A program made the position numbers and the translations under genes. A DNA stretch of 64,000 nucleotides from Tubiluchus corallicola. Lineage: Eukaryota; Animalia; Priapulida. The stretch lies in NCBI GenBank assembly GCA_030141605.1, contig JAQGDQ010000207.1, positions 62,001 to 126,000 of the forward strand, given 5' to 3'. The notes under the pieces are model-generated. The model was not told the origin of the DNA. It was given only the letters and a program-made list of their open reading frames with translations, and did not search any database. This document shows, one piece after another, positions 39,567-53,200 of this stretch (positions are counted from its first letter, which is position 1; the number at the start of each line of letters is the position of its first letter).

Positions 39567-39809
39567 CAGTAAGTCCTCGATTAACGACGGTGATTCGTTC
39601 CAGCAAAACATGTCACTAAAAGAAACAATGCTTTCTGTCAGAAACAATGTAGTTGCTTGCAGGAGAGAAATCAATGATGCTTGGCTCATAAATTAAACAC
39701 TTTATAGATTGCTAACAGTTCAACATTATGTATTCGTTTAATTAAAAATAGCTAGCGTCGTTAAAACGAAATGTCGCTAAGCTGGGTGTCATTAACCGAG
39801 GTCTTACTG
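39567..39809. mobile_element. pogo/Tigger-type MITE
   Basis: TIRs CAGTAAGTCCTCGATTAACGAC / GTCATTAACCGAGGTCTTACTG with TA flanks. Confidence 0.75.
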
Positions 39810-40250
39810 TACGTTCAAGACAAATACTACTTGCCGAAGAGTTGAAAAATGGTTAACATGTAAGTATATGGAATTAAATCAAGACTTAAGAGACTGATGC
39901 AGTCCTGTAGGTAAAAATGGTTATTTAAAGAAATTAGAGTAACCTCAGTAAAGAAAAAATGTTGTTCATAACGTTTTCAGGATAAATTAAAGTAGACATG
40001 TTTACAAACTAATATTGCAATAACTAAAAGAAAAATGAAAAAAAGATTTACAAGCCTATTCTACATTGGTTTATGCTCAACTGAATATAGCACAGCATAA
40101 ATACCAATTATTTATACCATATATACAAAGTTATTCAAGGAGGAAAAGTTTACACATGTTCCAACTATTTGTTCAGCATAACAGAAGGAAAGTTGCATTT
40201 CCGGGCAACAAGTCAGCATTTGATGCTAGCGACAAACGTCTGCTCGTATA

Positions 40251-43200
40251 CTAGTCATGTAGTGACACCATCGCTAATAGCACCGTGATGTCATCAGGTT
40301 TGCCTCCTAATAAACAAAATGGATAAAGAACTCCTTCGTTATACGTGCAAATGAGAAAAATGCAAAAAATAACTTGTCTAAAAATAATCTTGTAACTTCA
40401 GTGAAGTTGATAAACAAGTGCTGGTTAAGTTTTGAAAGCACCGCAAAGTTTTTAAACTAGATAGATAGATAGATATTTTATTTATGAAAATCAAATTTTT
40501 TACACGGAAATTACAAAATCAACGTATACCAGATGGCTTTATCAGCGGGCAGAGCTCGGGTAATGATTTTCGGATTATACTAACCATTAGACCCAACATA
40601 GCTGCACAAGGTGTACACACAGTTATACAAATTTAGTTTTAAAATCTATGAAGCAAAAGAAGCTGTTAACTAAACATTTGTACACTTTTGATAAAAAAAT
40701 ATTTTACCTACATGATAATCACAGTGATGCGGTTATATGTCCGCTAACAAAAACCTATAGCATTTTACTCAAAATCTATGCATACAGTTGTAAGTGAAAT
40801 TTCTAATTGACATTAATTATCCGTTAAATAAATTTGCAATGTTGCTATAATTTGACGCGTACAGTGATCTTCAAAGTGCATTTTTGGGGCACTCACACAA
40901 AAAATGCTCTTCTGTCTGCATTTTTCTGCAAAGACAGCCTGCACTCACGAGGTACATTTGCCATACGAGTAATATCTTGACAACTGTACATTTTGCATAC
41001 GTTCTTTTTGTCTTTTTTAAAGGACAGCACAAGTCACTTAGCATGTTATGTTCATTTTACTGCTATCACTTAAACTTAGAAAAGTACAACAAAGAAATTT
41101 GCAAAAATTGTCTATAAAGCACAAATGGATTTATACTACTGCTGTATAGGAATTTTCAGGCGCGGTGGTAGCCGCCATTCATTTGAAAATCATGATGCAG
41201 TTGGTGTCTTCGTGACTTTTCACGAGCGCATCGTGAGCTTTCGCAAGGACATGCCCGTTAAAATAATTCAATCTTCTGCATCTAACCTAGCATTACTATT
41301 ACCAAAATTAGTTGTCTAATATTTTGCAAAAACTTGTTATATTGATGATGTATATTGATACTGCACTGCTTTTCTTCAACCTGTGTACAAGGTCATTGAT
41401 GGAAGAATGGACGTTCAAAATGGATGCGCCCAAGTACCTAATGATTGCAACTTCAAAGTGATTTTACTAATTAGGTGAAGCACATATTGCACTTTTAACG
41501 TTAATATCACATATTGCACTTTTATTGTTAATATCACATGTTGCACTTTTATTGTTAATATCACATGTTGCACTTTTATTGTTAATATCACATATTGCAC
41601 TTTTATTGTTAATATCACATGTTGCACTTTTATTGTTAATATATTACATATTGCACTTTTATTGCTAATACAACATGTTGCACTTTTATTATTAATATCA
41701 CATATTGCACTTTTATTGCTAATATCACATGTTGCACTTTTATTGTTAATATCACATATTGCACTTTTATTGTTAATATCTTTTGCAGATTTTGAAATAA
41801 ATACAACTTCCTAGAAAGGTTGACCTTTCCTTTAACTGTACAGACTGACAAAACGTCTAAATAACTGAGTGGTCATGTAGCGACACTAACCTTTTATGTT
41901 AATCCCATTAGCCCTGGCGTGTCGTGCGAAAGGAGAAATGTAGTCGGGATCGTGCGCTAACTGCCGAGCCTTTTCCACCAAGTTTCTGGCTATCTGCTGA
42001 ATACTTTCGTAGCAGCGATCCTGCAAAAATAGTAAGCATTTAATGTAACAGATGGTTCACAGAAAAAGCTAACTAAGCTGATTGCGTCGGCAAGTGTTGA
42101 ACAAATAAACAAACGAAAGAGTTAGGATAAATACTACGTACTTGACATAGTAAAACAATATTTAGTTCTAATAATGAAGTCGTCTCTTGTAAATTTTATG
42201 TTTTGGTTTAAAGGAATGGCAACAAATAAGACTTAGCTGATTAGAGGTTGGAGTTAGCATATTTAGTCCTATGACACACCAAAGCGACCAGCATCTGGCT
42301 GCTGAAATACAGCATCCTGCATCTATAGTTCACTTAGACTTAGCTGATTAGAGATTAGAGTTAGCATATTTAGTCCTATGACACACCAAAGCGTTCAGAA
42401 TCTGGCTGCTGAAATCCAGCATCCTGCATCTATAGTTCACTTGGTAGTGAGTTAACATCAAAGTATCTGGCATCAAATCTCAATGTTCTTTGCAGAAAAA
42501 CAAAACGGACGATAAGAAATTTATTTTTGCAATACTTTCTTTTTTACGTTATTGATTCATATGAACAGGTGTTCAAAAAAATTGGAAGAACTTTCCGCGT
42601 CCGCTGTTAAAATCTTTGGTTTAATCACCCACTGACAATACATACTTACACATGTTCATTCTCGTACTCAAATGTTGGACGTTTTGGTTTATCATTGGCT
42701 TTGTGAGATCAGTGAGATTTATAAGAAATGTTGCTGCCTTGACACAATGAAAGCAAAATTTGTTTGAAGGTGTCACTCAAAGTTCCCGAAGATTGAATTA
42801 GCAATAATACAGGGATACAACAGCATCCCTCCCCCTGCATTACCCCCACCTAACCATAAAGATAGGAGTCTTATGCACATGACTGATAGGGGCATGATCT
42901 GCGAGCCATTACGCATGATTTGTATTGACTATTTCCATGTGTCCGTGAATGCTATGCGTATATATAAAGCCCACGATACTCTTTCTGCCATGTTGGTTCC
43001 TTGTTCATGGAGACTGGAAATAATGATTTTTGGAAGTCATGTCTCTGAAACTTCAAGGTAACAGTAATCAAGAAATAATCTCAGCAGTGTCACTAGCTTA
43101 TCACTGTCATATTAAATGCAAAATTGAAAAGAAAACACAATTTTTACGTGCATAACACTTTACAGGGATAGGAACAATACGATGTGTATAACTACTTGGT

Positions 43201-44197
43201 GAAGGAATTGCAACTGGATGCAGGACAGCATAATTACCGTATTTTCCCATGTATAAGAGACCCTTGTGTATAAGAGACCCCTTCAATTTTTAGGCAAAAA
43301 TTCTGGAAAAAAGTTTTTTGGTAATGAATAACTTTATTCATCATAGAAATCATTAAATTCCTCAAGTCTCTTCTCCGTTCTCATTGCTCTCCACCATCTC
43401 TCTAGCAATCCTCCTCCCTTGCTCCATGATCATCTTTGTAGACACTGACAATCCACTCATCCTCTGAGATTGGACCCAGTGTTTCAGTGACTTCTCCAGG
43501 TTTGGCCAAGTCGCAGGTTTAGGATAAGAATATCGCTTCATAGTCGAACGCGACACGCCTTGCTTAAGCTGACTCATCTCGTTGACCTCTGTCGACGTAT
43601 CAATGACGTCGACGGGCATGCAGAGAGCTTATGCAGATGCGTTGATTGGCTGCAGAACAATCGATTTCTCTCCAATACCAAAGAGACATTTAAAAAAATA
43701 ATAACTTACCCGGTACATTAATTTTATCATTAGAATTTAGCCATGGAGAAGATTTATTGAAAGGAAACTATAATTATTCGAAATAAAACAGTTGTAGAGC
43801 ACTTATTTCTTTAAAATCATTAGTGTCACAATTTATGCATCTTATTGAAAAGACTTACTCCCATGTATAAGAGACCCCCTATTTTTAAAGTGAAAATTCT
43901 GAGCAAAAAAGGGTCTCTTATACACGGGAAAATACGGTAGTGCGCTTCTCCCACCTCTCTAAAACTCAATTGAAGAAACATTACTGCGTGTAGGTCTTGG
44001 TCCTGAAGTGACCAACACCTGACCAGGAAGCCAATCAGGGGAAAAAGTTACAGGAAACTTGAAAACTTGCTAAATCGCCATGGAAATGGCAGTTTCTCAT
44101 CTGCCTATTGCTGCGTAATGCGTATTCGGGACGAGACCACGTTCGAGTGGATACAGATCACGCATCGAGCATTATGGGTTGTACATTACATACATAC

Positions 44198-44229
<32 letters not shown>

Positions 44230-47200
44230 AATGATGATAAGTCTTTATTAGCCTCTTTTTGCAGACAAATACATCTGTACTAACACAGACACTAGACAGA
44301 GTGAATTCTACAATATTACATTTTTGGATTCTGTAATTAGCTTTTCTAATTTGGGCGTATAACATTTCTTACAGTGATATTACAGTGATAAACAAGAAGT
44401 ATTGAAGTGCGTGCTAAAATCAAGGTTGTTAATGCAGCAAGTTTCCTGTGAGGTAACATAAAAATGCAGATAAATTGATATACCAAATTATTAAATTCTA
44501 ATTCAATGTTTAAATCCACAAGAGTTACAATCAGTAATCTCAAGAACTACACAAATTTAATCTCTATTTTACTAGAAATTAACAGCAGGATCTTAAAATA
44601 AAAGGGTTCTTTACAAAGTAGGTTAGTGCCGATATTAAATTTTCAATTTTGGTCCAATACACAATATTTAAATTCTCATTTCCCATTTGGTTTAGTAGTA
44701 CATTTCGCCTATTTGCGTCGACTCGAGGACATCGGTATATCAAGTGTTCTGGATTCTGGGCTTTCATGCCACATTCGCAAAGCTCATCTCTAGCAAATCC
44801 AATATGACTCATCAATTCATTGAAATTTCTCTGTCCAGTCAATAACCTCACTGCTGCTTCTTCTACTCTTCGTTCGGGTTTTCCAACTTTTAAAGTAAGA
44901 GTCGGATCTAAATTTTTATGCGACAAATTGGCTGTAGTTTCAAAAGTGGAAGTGTTTCCATTACATACACATGGAAACACTTCCACGTATTTAAATTTAA
45001 ACTGATGTACACACTGAGTACACATCACAGATCACTCACGCGACACGGCGTTCTAGCTTAAGACTGCAGTAAAGAACAGCAATACCTTTTATGCTAAACA
45101 AAAGGCAACAACTAAACCAATGGAAACGCTTGCATGTTGAAAAGTCAAATTTCCCACTTTCTAGTCCTAATTTGTGCTGCACGTAGAGTAATTTATGTAG
45201 AACTGGATTGTCATAGCCAAATAACCTTGAGCAACATCTAGCATTTGCACATGATGTAATAAAGATCCTGGACAGAATACTAATTTGGATCATACAAAAA
45301 TACAGTCAAATCGCATTATAATGACCCTCTTCATAACGCCAACCTTGCTTAACACCCATATTTTTGGCAAAAGAAAATGTCGATATTTATTTTCATTAAT
45401 TTGTTTAATGTATTTATTAATGCCCCTTCTTATAATGCCACACTTAATACAGAGCCAATTTTTTTGCAGTTCCAATGTAGGCAGCACAAAGAGGTTTGAA
45501 GGAAGACCAAACGATTGTTTAGACTCAATCTCATTTTAATTTACTGTCCAAAATATACATTTTCTTGCCTATAAAAGTTAACAATTGTTCCTTATATTTG
45601 AATAATTAGCTTAGAAAGTTAATTAACGGCAACCGAACACAGCTATTGCTTACGTCAGAAACTAACCACAGTTTGTGCAGTGGCAGGCATCTCCCTTGCG
45701 GATCAAGCACGTTTGCGTAAGTTTTACAGTACTGCTTAAACGCATGATGTAACGAAAATGGGCTTACGTCATATGACGCCAAAAACTAACACTGCAGTTC
45801 ATGACCATATCACAGTGCCACCTTCTATTTGTCGGCCACGCGCACGTGACAAAAAGGCGCCCCATTGCCAATCTTAGTAGATTCACTGAGCAGCCTCTTT
45901 GAAAGTTTAACAAAATTTGAATATCCGAGGTAATTGTTATTCAATCTAAGCTTTGATTTAAAAAAAGCTTTTGTAGTTTTCAATATTTCAGAGCATTCTT
46001 TATTCTGAACTAATATTTACACGAAAATCCAGTTTTGCTTTAAGTATATAATATTTAGAAGTTGTGTGCTGGGTTGTGTGACTAGCATGAACAAGTGTAG
46101 AAAATGAAAATGTATATTAAATATACATGTGCAGGATCACTGTGAAAAGGAATGATGAAGGAACTGTGAAAGAAGAGAAAAGCTAATAATAGAAGCTGAC
46201 ATTTATGAAGGTCATAAGACATGCAAACTATGTTACACTCATTTACAGAATATTAATTAAGGAATTTATGGTAAAAAATCTCTAAAATTTAATGACGTCT
46301 TATTATTTTTACATAATTACCTATTATTAGCCCGTTTGCCCTGGGAAATAACAAGGCTAGAATGTGGCCGGGTCTCAACTTAATCCTAAGCCATACTGTA
46401 TTCATGATCGTTTCATAAATTTTATTTCTTTTCAATTGCTCAGAAGTTAATGTTCATGTAAGTTCACAGCAGTGGGTATGAAAGTCGAAACTCAAAATAT
46501 ACTATGAATGTATGTAAGATAGTCTAACAAAATAGCTTTAGCCATGCGTAAAGAGGTAAGGTTTTTAGCCGAGTGGTCATACTGCATGTTTAGTAACAAC
46601 GGTTAAGCAACACCAAGCCTGATCAGAAGCTGGATGGGTGACTGCCAGGTTCAATACTCTCTCTGGCATTTTCATTCTCCGTACTGATTCTGGCCATTTA
46701 CCGGTACCTGTGATGCATTTCAAATTAACACCCGAATATGACTAGGCCGCCTCTACTGGCTCAAAGTCTCATTTTAAAGGATTATACTTGACAAGGAGAT
46801 CTTGTCATGACCAGAACCATCTACATAAAGTAGGTATCATCACGGAATGTGTCAAACTGAACAAAAAATGGTTAGATTGCCGATAAAATGGATGCCAAAG
46901 TAAACATTTAAGCACCCACCCCTCGGTCACAGATTAACACTTTCTTCACAGTTGTTCAAACAGGTAAAACAAATATTTACATTACGCGTTAAACCGACGA
47001 TTAACATGTATTGATAAACACGCCATTATAATAGAGTTGCAGTTCGAGGTGAGGATTCTCTACCAGAAAGCGAATTCCGATCGAATAGAATTTGTGACTT
47101 TCGAATTCGAATCAAACCGAGTTTCGTCATTTTCGAAACTGAATTGAATTCGAATTTTTGAATCACGAATGAAAGCAGTCTCACAAAGATAACTTGATTT

Positions 47201-50200
47201 TGTTCTGCAGTAAAAACACTAATAGTTTATTTTAAAAATTGTGCACAGCTAAGTTGTGCTGAATGCATGATGTTTCAAGCTTTTTAATGATAAAGAGTGA
47301 ATACACTCATATCTCGGTTTGGTGGACATCGCTTTCACGGATATTGGAAGAATCGGACAAAACCCAGTGCCCTAAAAAGTCCCGCATACTACGGACATAG
47401 CCTGTTGTTTTAGCTGATCGCTAGTTGGCAGGTTGTCACTTTGTTTACATCACTACATCAGTGCAACCTCTACGTATAAAAATATAGAATCAATTATGCA
47501 GAATCATTTTAGTCAAATGCCGACAGTTTCTATATACTTTTGCATAGGAGCACCAGGTACTAGACATTTTTGAAACAATTAGGCGATCAATTCTGCATTA
47601 CCTTGAGTCTAATACATAGGGCCTACTGTATTAGCTTAACATAGAAGCGCCTGTATTAATGTGGAAGCGTCGCAGAGGAGGTCAACAGAAGCATTTCTGG
47701 CATCAAACCAAGAGCGATATTGTGTCTCCTCTTGGGCTCGACCGCTACCACCAAGTTTCCGATGATCTCACAGAGCTGCCGTCGTACTTCGAGGACCGGA
47801 AGCAGTGGCGTGCGATGGTTCTGGATGCCACCTGTGCCGGCCTGCCTCCACCTGGTGGGGGCAGCAAGTAATGTAATTAGCTTAGTATCAGTAAATACGG
47901 ACAACTGAAAAATTCGGACCTACTTCTCCCCACTTTTGTCCAGCAAACCGAGATACGAGAATATTTGTACAGACATGAATGTATCAACGATTCTCATTTA
48001 TAATGCCAAATTCACTTGATAACAAATTTGAAAGATGCAAAATGTTTATCATACCCTTAATTTGGACAGCTCTCGACAGATCAGCTCTTCTGACATGTTA
48101 TCAAACAGGCCGTCCGATGCCATGACGATGACATCTCCTTCCTCGACGTTGAACGAAGAACTTTCTGCGGCCGAGGGACTACAACAGAAAATATTATTAC
48201 CAAAACCAGCGCAAAAAAGGTTTACACACTTGCTTAGTACATCTTTGCAAGAGTTCCGAGGTAAATATAAGTTTTCTTGATTGCTGTCAAAATAATATGT
48301 TACGGCAAGTACAATAGGAATAATAACATATAATATTAGTTAGTAAAACTTAATATTGAAATAGTATTGCTAATTATTAATGATAATTTATTTTTAAAGT
48401 GCATAAATCGGCAATTATTGTCACCAGATGGTGCTATAAAACAGGTCTACAAAAAAATTTAAGCATACAATAAAAAAAAATCACAAGACAACTAATTAAA
48501 TGATATAGTAAAAATGGGCTTTAAGACTCACGCTAATTTAACGTTACAATAAGAAGATGGGTTTAAGATTCATTTTAAAACGATTATAATCAGCAATAGA
48601 ATGCAAGCTAAATGAAAGTTTATTCCATTCACGCGGAGCTGCACTGGCAAAAACACTTATTGCACTATATTGCAGGTTTTTACAGTGTAGAGACATTTAA
48701 TGTGTTAATAAAAGACATTTTTTCAATGCATCTATTTAAAATGTTGTTTAAACGGGTTGCTTTAAACCCTCAGTTCCCAAACTGGGGTACTAGTACCCCT
48801 TGGGGGTACCAGCGAACACCACAAGGGATACATGAGAAGCCTCTTAGACAATTTTAAAAAAGTGTTTTATAATAATCAGCAGGTGATTCAGACATCTCTG
48901 CTGACAGTGCCAACAATCTGTGGTATTTGGCCGAGGTCTTGACCCCTGTCCACTGTAAAGCTGTTAGTAAACTTCTGTGTGTTTCCTGTGTGAAGCAGGC
49001 TTTTCAACGATAGTGACAATCAAGACGAAAGCCCGAAATCGCCTTGACATCTGCGAAGACATGAGAGTCAGTCTGTCGAAAAGCGATTAAAAAAGTTGCT
49101 TTCTGCCATGCCACAGCAGCCGTCTCATTGAACTCTCACTTAGTGCACTTGATTGGAGCAATACGTATAATATATATAATAAAAATATTCGTGACATTAC
49201 GTCAGTAGTACATGGGTACGTTAGGAACCGGGGCTTTAAACTGCATTTGTTGGTATGATATTTTAATTAGTATATACATGAGTATCTTAAATCATTGAAC
49301 TAAATGATTGGCTGAATGGTTTGCAGAAGACCTACACAAAAGGTTTTGACATAGAGGCAGTCACAATATGCAAGTGTTAAAATTGTTTAGCTGCTGGACG
49401 AACCTACAGTTTGGCAGCCATTAACAAGATGTAAAACTGGTTAATATATCGTTGTTAAACAGTCTAGAAATTCATTAGAGTGTTTAAATTAACATCTTAC
49501 AACACATTTGATAAAATGGTACTTTTTATTTTTAATTTTTAATGTCTTTAAATTTAATGTTTCTTACAAATTTCAAATGTATTTTATTGCTCAGCTTGCT
49601 AAGACTTTAAATGATGCAGTGGATATGATAGTGCGCTATGTAAATAGATTTTACATTACATTACATTAATAACATTTAGGTCAAAAAACTGCATTTCCAA
49701 TAACCAGCTGTACAGTTACAAAATTTATTGTATAAATACTTTTTCGTGTAGTAATTACTTATTTTGCTTAAATATTTTATAATTACTTGCTTTGAAGGGG
49801 CTGGGAACTCATACAGGTCGGATTTCTAAAATCAGACGAAGAAAATGTTTTCAAAAGTGTGAAAAACTGCAGGCAAAGAACTATTCAAAGACGTCCTAGA
49901 TAAAAGCTACAGTTAAATGTCAAGGACTTTTAGTGTAACATTCCCGGAGTCTATCCCATCAGGGAAAATAAACATCCAGAAGGAGAAATATGCACCGAGT
50001 AGCTGCCTAGTGCCTTGTGTTCATTATGTACTAGTAACTACTGATTTATTGACTAAATGTTTAGTTAGTTGCTCAAAGGACAATAAAACTTAAAACTGCA
50101 TCAGTTAACATTTAATTTTAATTGTAACTAAAAATTAAACGCACGCTTAATTTTAAATAAAAGTACTGTTTTGCCTAGCAAAAAACAGATTATTCAATAC

Positions 50201-53200
50201 AAATCACAATGCATATATCACTTTATTGCAAACTTTTCCATACTCGTAATTCCAATAATAAATTAATAGTCAACATTGTACTGCTACTACCACCACGGCT
50301 ACCACCACCACTACTAGTACTAGCAATATTATTGGGGTAGCCGAGTCAAGATGACAGAGACCCGATAAGGTACCCCTTCAACCTACGCAAAGCAACTAAA
50401 GATAAATTATAATGTTATACAGTTACATTTTAGCATAATTCATTGTAGTTATATATTGTACTGATAATTTTTATTAATACAAATACTATATATAATTCAA
50501 TTCAATTTTTTTATTCGCTAGATAAACAACAGACGCTTTTGCATCACAAAGTACATAAATTAATTCTTAAAGTAAGTACAGATACAAACATTAATTTTAG
50601 TGTTGGAGACTTAGGAAGCAAAGCTTACAAGAGGCCACCAGAATCAGTAATGAAAAAATATTAATAACATATTACCGATAGTTATAAAGAGCTATAGAAC
50701 GCATGTTTTAAAACACGAGACTAAAACAATCTTTTAGAGTTACATCAGTCATATAGTTATAATTATTATTGTATCGTCGTCGTCATCATCATCAGCTTCT
50801 TTGTCGTCGTCATCATCATCATCGTCATTGACATCGTCATCATCATCATAATTATATAAGGCAGTATATAAGGGCAGCTGGTTTCTTTTAATACAGATGA
50901 TACAGTACGACATGACGATGACGCGTCTGCTTATCATTTAGAATACAGCGGCCAGATCATATTAAAGACTTCAAAAATGGTACCCGCTGTCACCCTGTCT
51001 GACTTTAATGGGTTAAGGGGGTTGATAATAATCTCTCATGTAGTCGTAGTTTGTTATTTATAGTCGGCAATGAGAGCTGAGTATAAGCCCGCGTTAACAC
51101 TTGACCCTAACACCAATTTCAAATAAAGATTATTTATATAGTGCCTGATATTATAAATGAATCATTTTTAGATCACGAATAAAATGTTGAATACCCTTTA
51201 TGGTGTCACAATAAAGGGTATTAAACATTTCATTGCTGTTAAGCATGGTAGGTCTCAAGAAAGCTCTCAGTAAAGTACACTTTTAAGTAATATCTCTTAG
51301 ATCAGTGGTTCCCAAAGTAGGGGTAAATTACCCCCGGGGGTAATATGTTTTTTTGTGGGGTAACGGGCACCCCTCTGAAAATTTTTAAAACTTCGCTCGG
51401 AATGCATTTTACGTAGATTTCTTCTTGAGTTGGAGAAGTAGTACTAGGTGGGGGGTAATGGACACGACCGGGTTTCCCGATTTGGGTAACGGTCAGAGAA
51501 AGTTTGGGAACCACTGTCTTAGATAATGAAAGAACTGTCATGTTCACAGTATACACTACTGTCATGGCTGCTACACTGCGTATCATGCAGCTTCACAAAA
51601 GGCTAGTCTAATAAGCCTTTTCACAGTTCAGGGCCTGATCATGGTCGCTAAAAGGTCAAAGGTTAAGTGTACCAGACAACACATTTGTTTACACTTGACA
51701 AGGCCTCGCAGCCCATGCTATTGTAATAGTAACAGTTAGCTAGAGCCTTACCTAGTTCATTTTTTCTTGTTCCCAAGCAAGGTCCTGCTAGTAGATCACT
51801 CTACGCATAGACTAATGCATAATTAAGTGAAGTTCACGTAAAACAATTGAAGCTACTGAACTTTGAGTTACCCATATGTCATCTGACGATTGTAGTTAAG
51901 ACGCGTTGCTGTGGTACACTTAACCTTTGACCTACAGCAATTGCACATGCGCACAACGAAACTATGAAAAGGCTTATAGAACAGACATCATTATCGTACA
52001 TGCTTCAGTCACACATGCGCAGAGTCGTTCCGAACGTGATGTCACTTCCGCTTTCTTCCCGGATTTTTCGTTTTTCGCAAGAAGTCTGTGCGGCGCTAAA
52101 TTTCAAGTGTTTGAATGCAAGTTTATAAAAAAATAAAGCCGCTTTTTTGCATGAGGCTAGTCAATAAGGAATTTTGACAGCAAGAGTCTACCAGGGTCAG
52201 TGGACCTTCAAGAGCAATGCCATTTCATTGTTTTACTTTGACATGACTGATTTATATACAAAAATACAAGCAGAACAAAAATTACACAGAGATTGTAATT
52301 AGATGCAGTTACAATTAATTAATTACATAGTCATTACCGAACGCAATAAAGACATTCTCTCCATTTTTTTCTAAAGGAAGAAGTAAAGAAAGCATGACAT
52401 TTATCTAACTGTTTACAAATACCGCTAGTACAAAGACTGAATATGCACTTTTGACTGATAACGTTGAAATACTTACAATCGAAATTTGTAGTAACATTTC
52501 TAACACTAGCCTTGCAAGTATACAAGATTTTCTAATGGAGATGTTGTAAGCAACTTTTACTTTGCCCAGCGAAATGTAGCTATAGAGTTAAAACTACTGC
52601 AGTAGGAATTGAATACTTCTTAACAGCCAGTGAGGAAAACTTGCCGAAACGTTTGATTAATTGGTTAACTCTAGAATAATGAATTGTTCTTTCTCTAATA
52701 ATGACAAGATTGCCTTCATTATTTTCAAAAACAATGTGCCCGAAGTATCTGTCCTGTTTGGGGGGGGGGGGGGGGCTTTATACAAACACATTCTATACTG
52801 ATGAAAGTTTGTGCAACTTTTTTAAAAGCAGGTGACTTTATCGAGGCCAATTTGGTCTTTTGATCACCCAGCCAATCCTTTCAACAGTACTCACTTGACA
52901 CATCAAGTAGGGGTTATCCAACGAATTTTACAACTCTCTAGTAACTTAATGGCTTTTCTATTGAAGAATTTTCTAGGCAGATATCATGTCAACGGAGCAA
53001 TAAACCTTCACTTAGGCAACATGCCCTGGAATTTCTGAAGTTTATGACGTAATTAACTTTACCGACTATCACGAAATAAAGGCTATAAAAGCTCCTTTGG
53101 TCGTTTGCCAGAACAATGCGCTGTGTAAAATTGACGTCATAGTTACGCTAAATGACCAAAAGAGCGGAAAGAGAAGTGCGAGAAATATCCTACCTGTCAC

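Noticed and set aside
41415-41851. ORFs with VILTIKVQH repeats
   Set aside because: They arise because the 27-bp minisatellite unit is a multiple of 3 within a PPTC7 intron.
50749-50937. Poly-Asp ORF
   Set aside because: It is a (TCA/TCG)n microsatellite.
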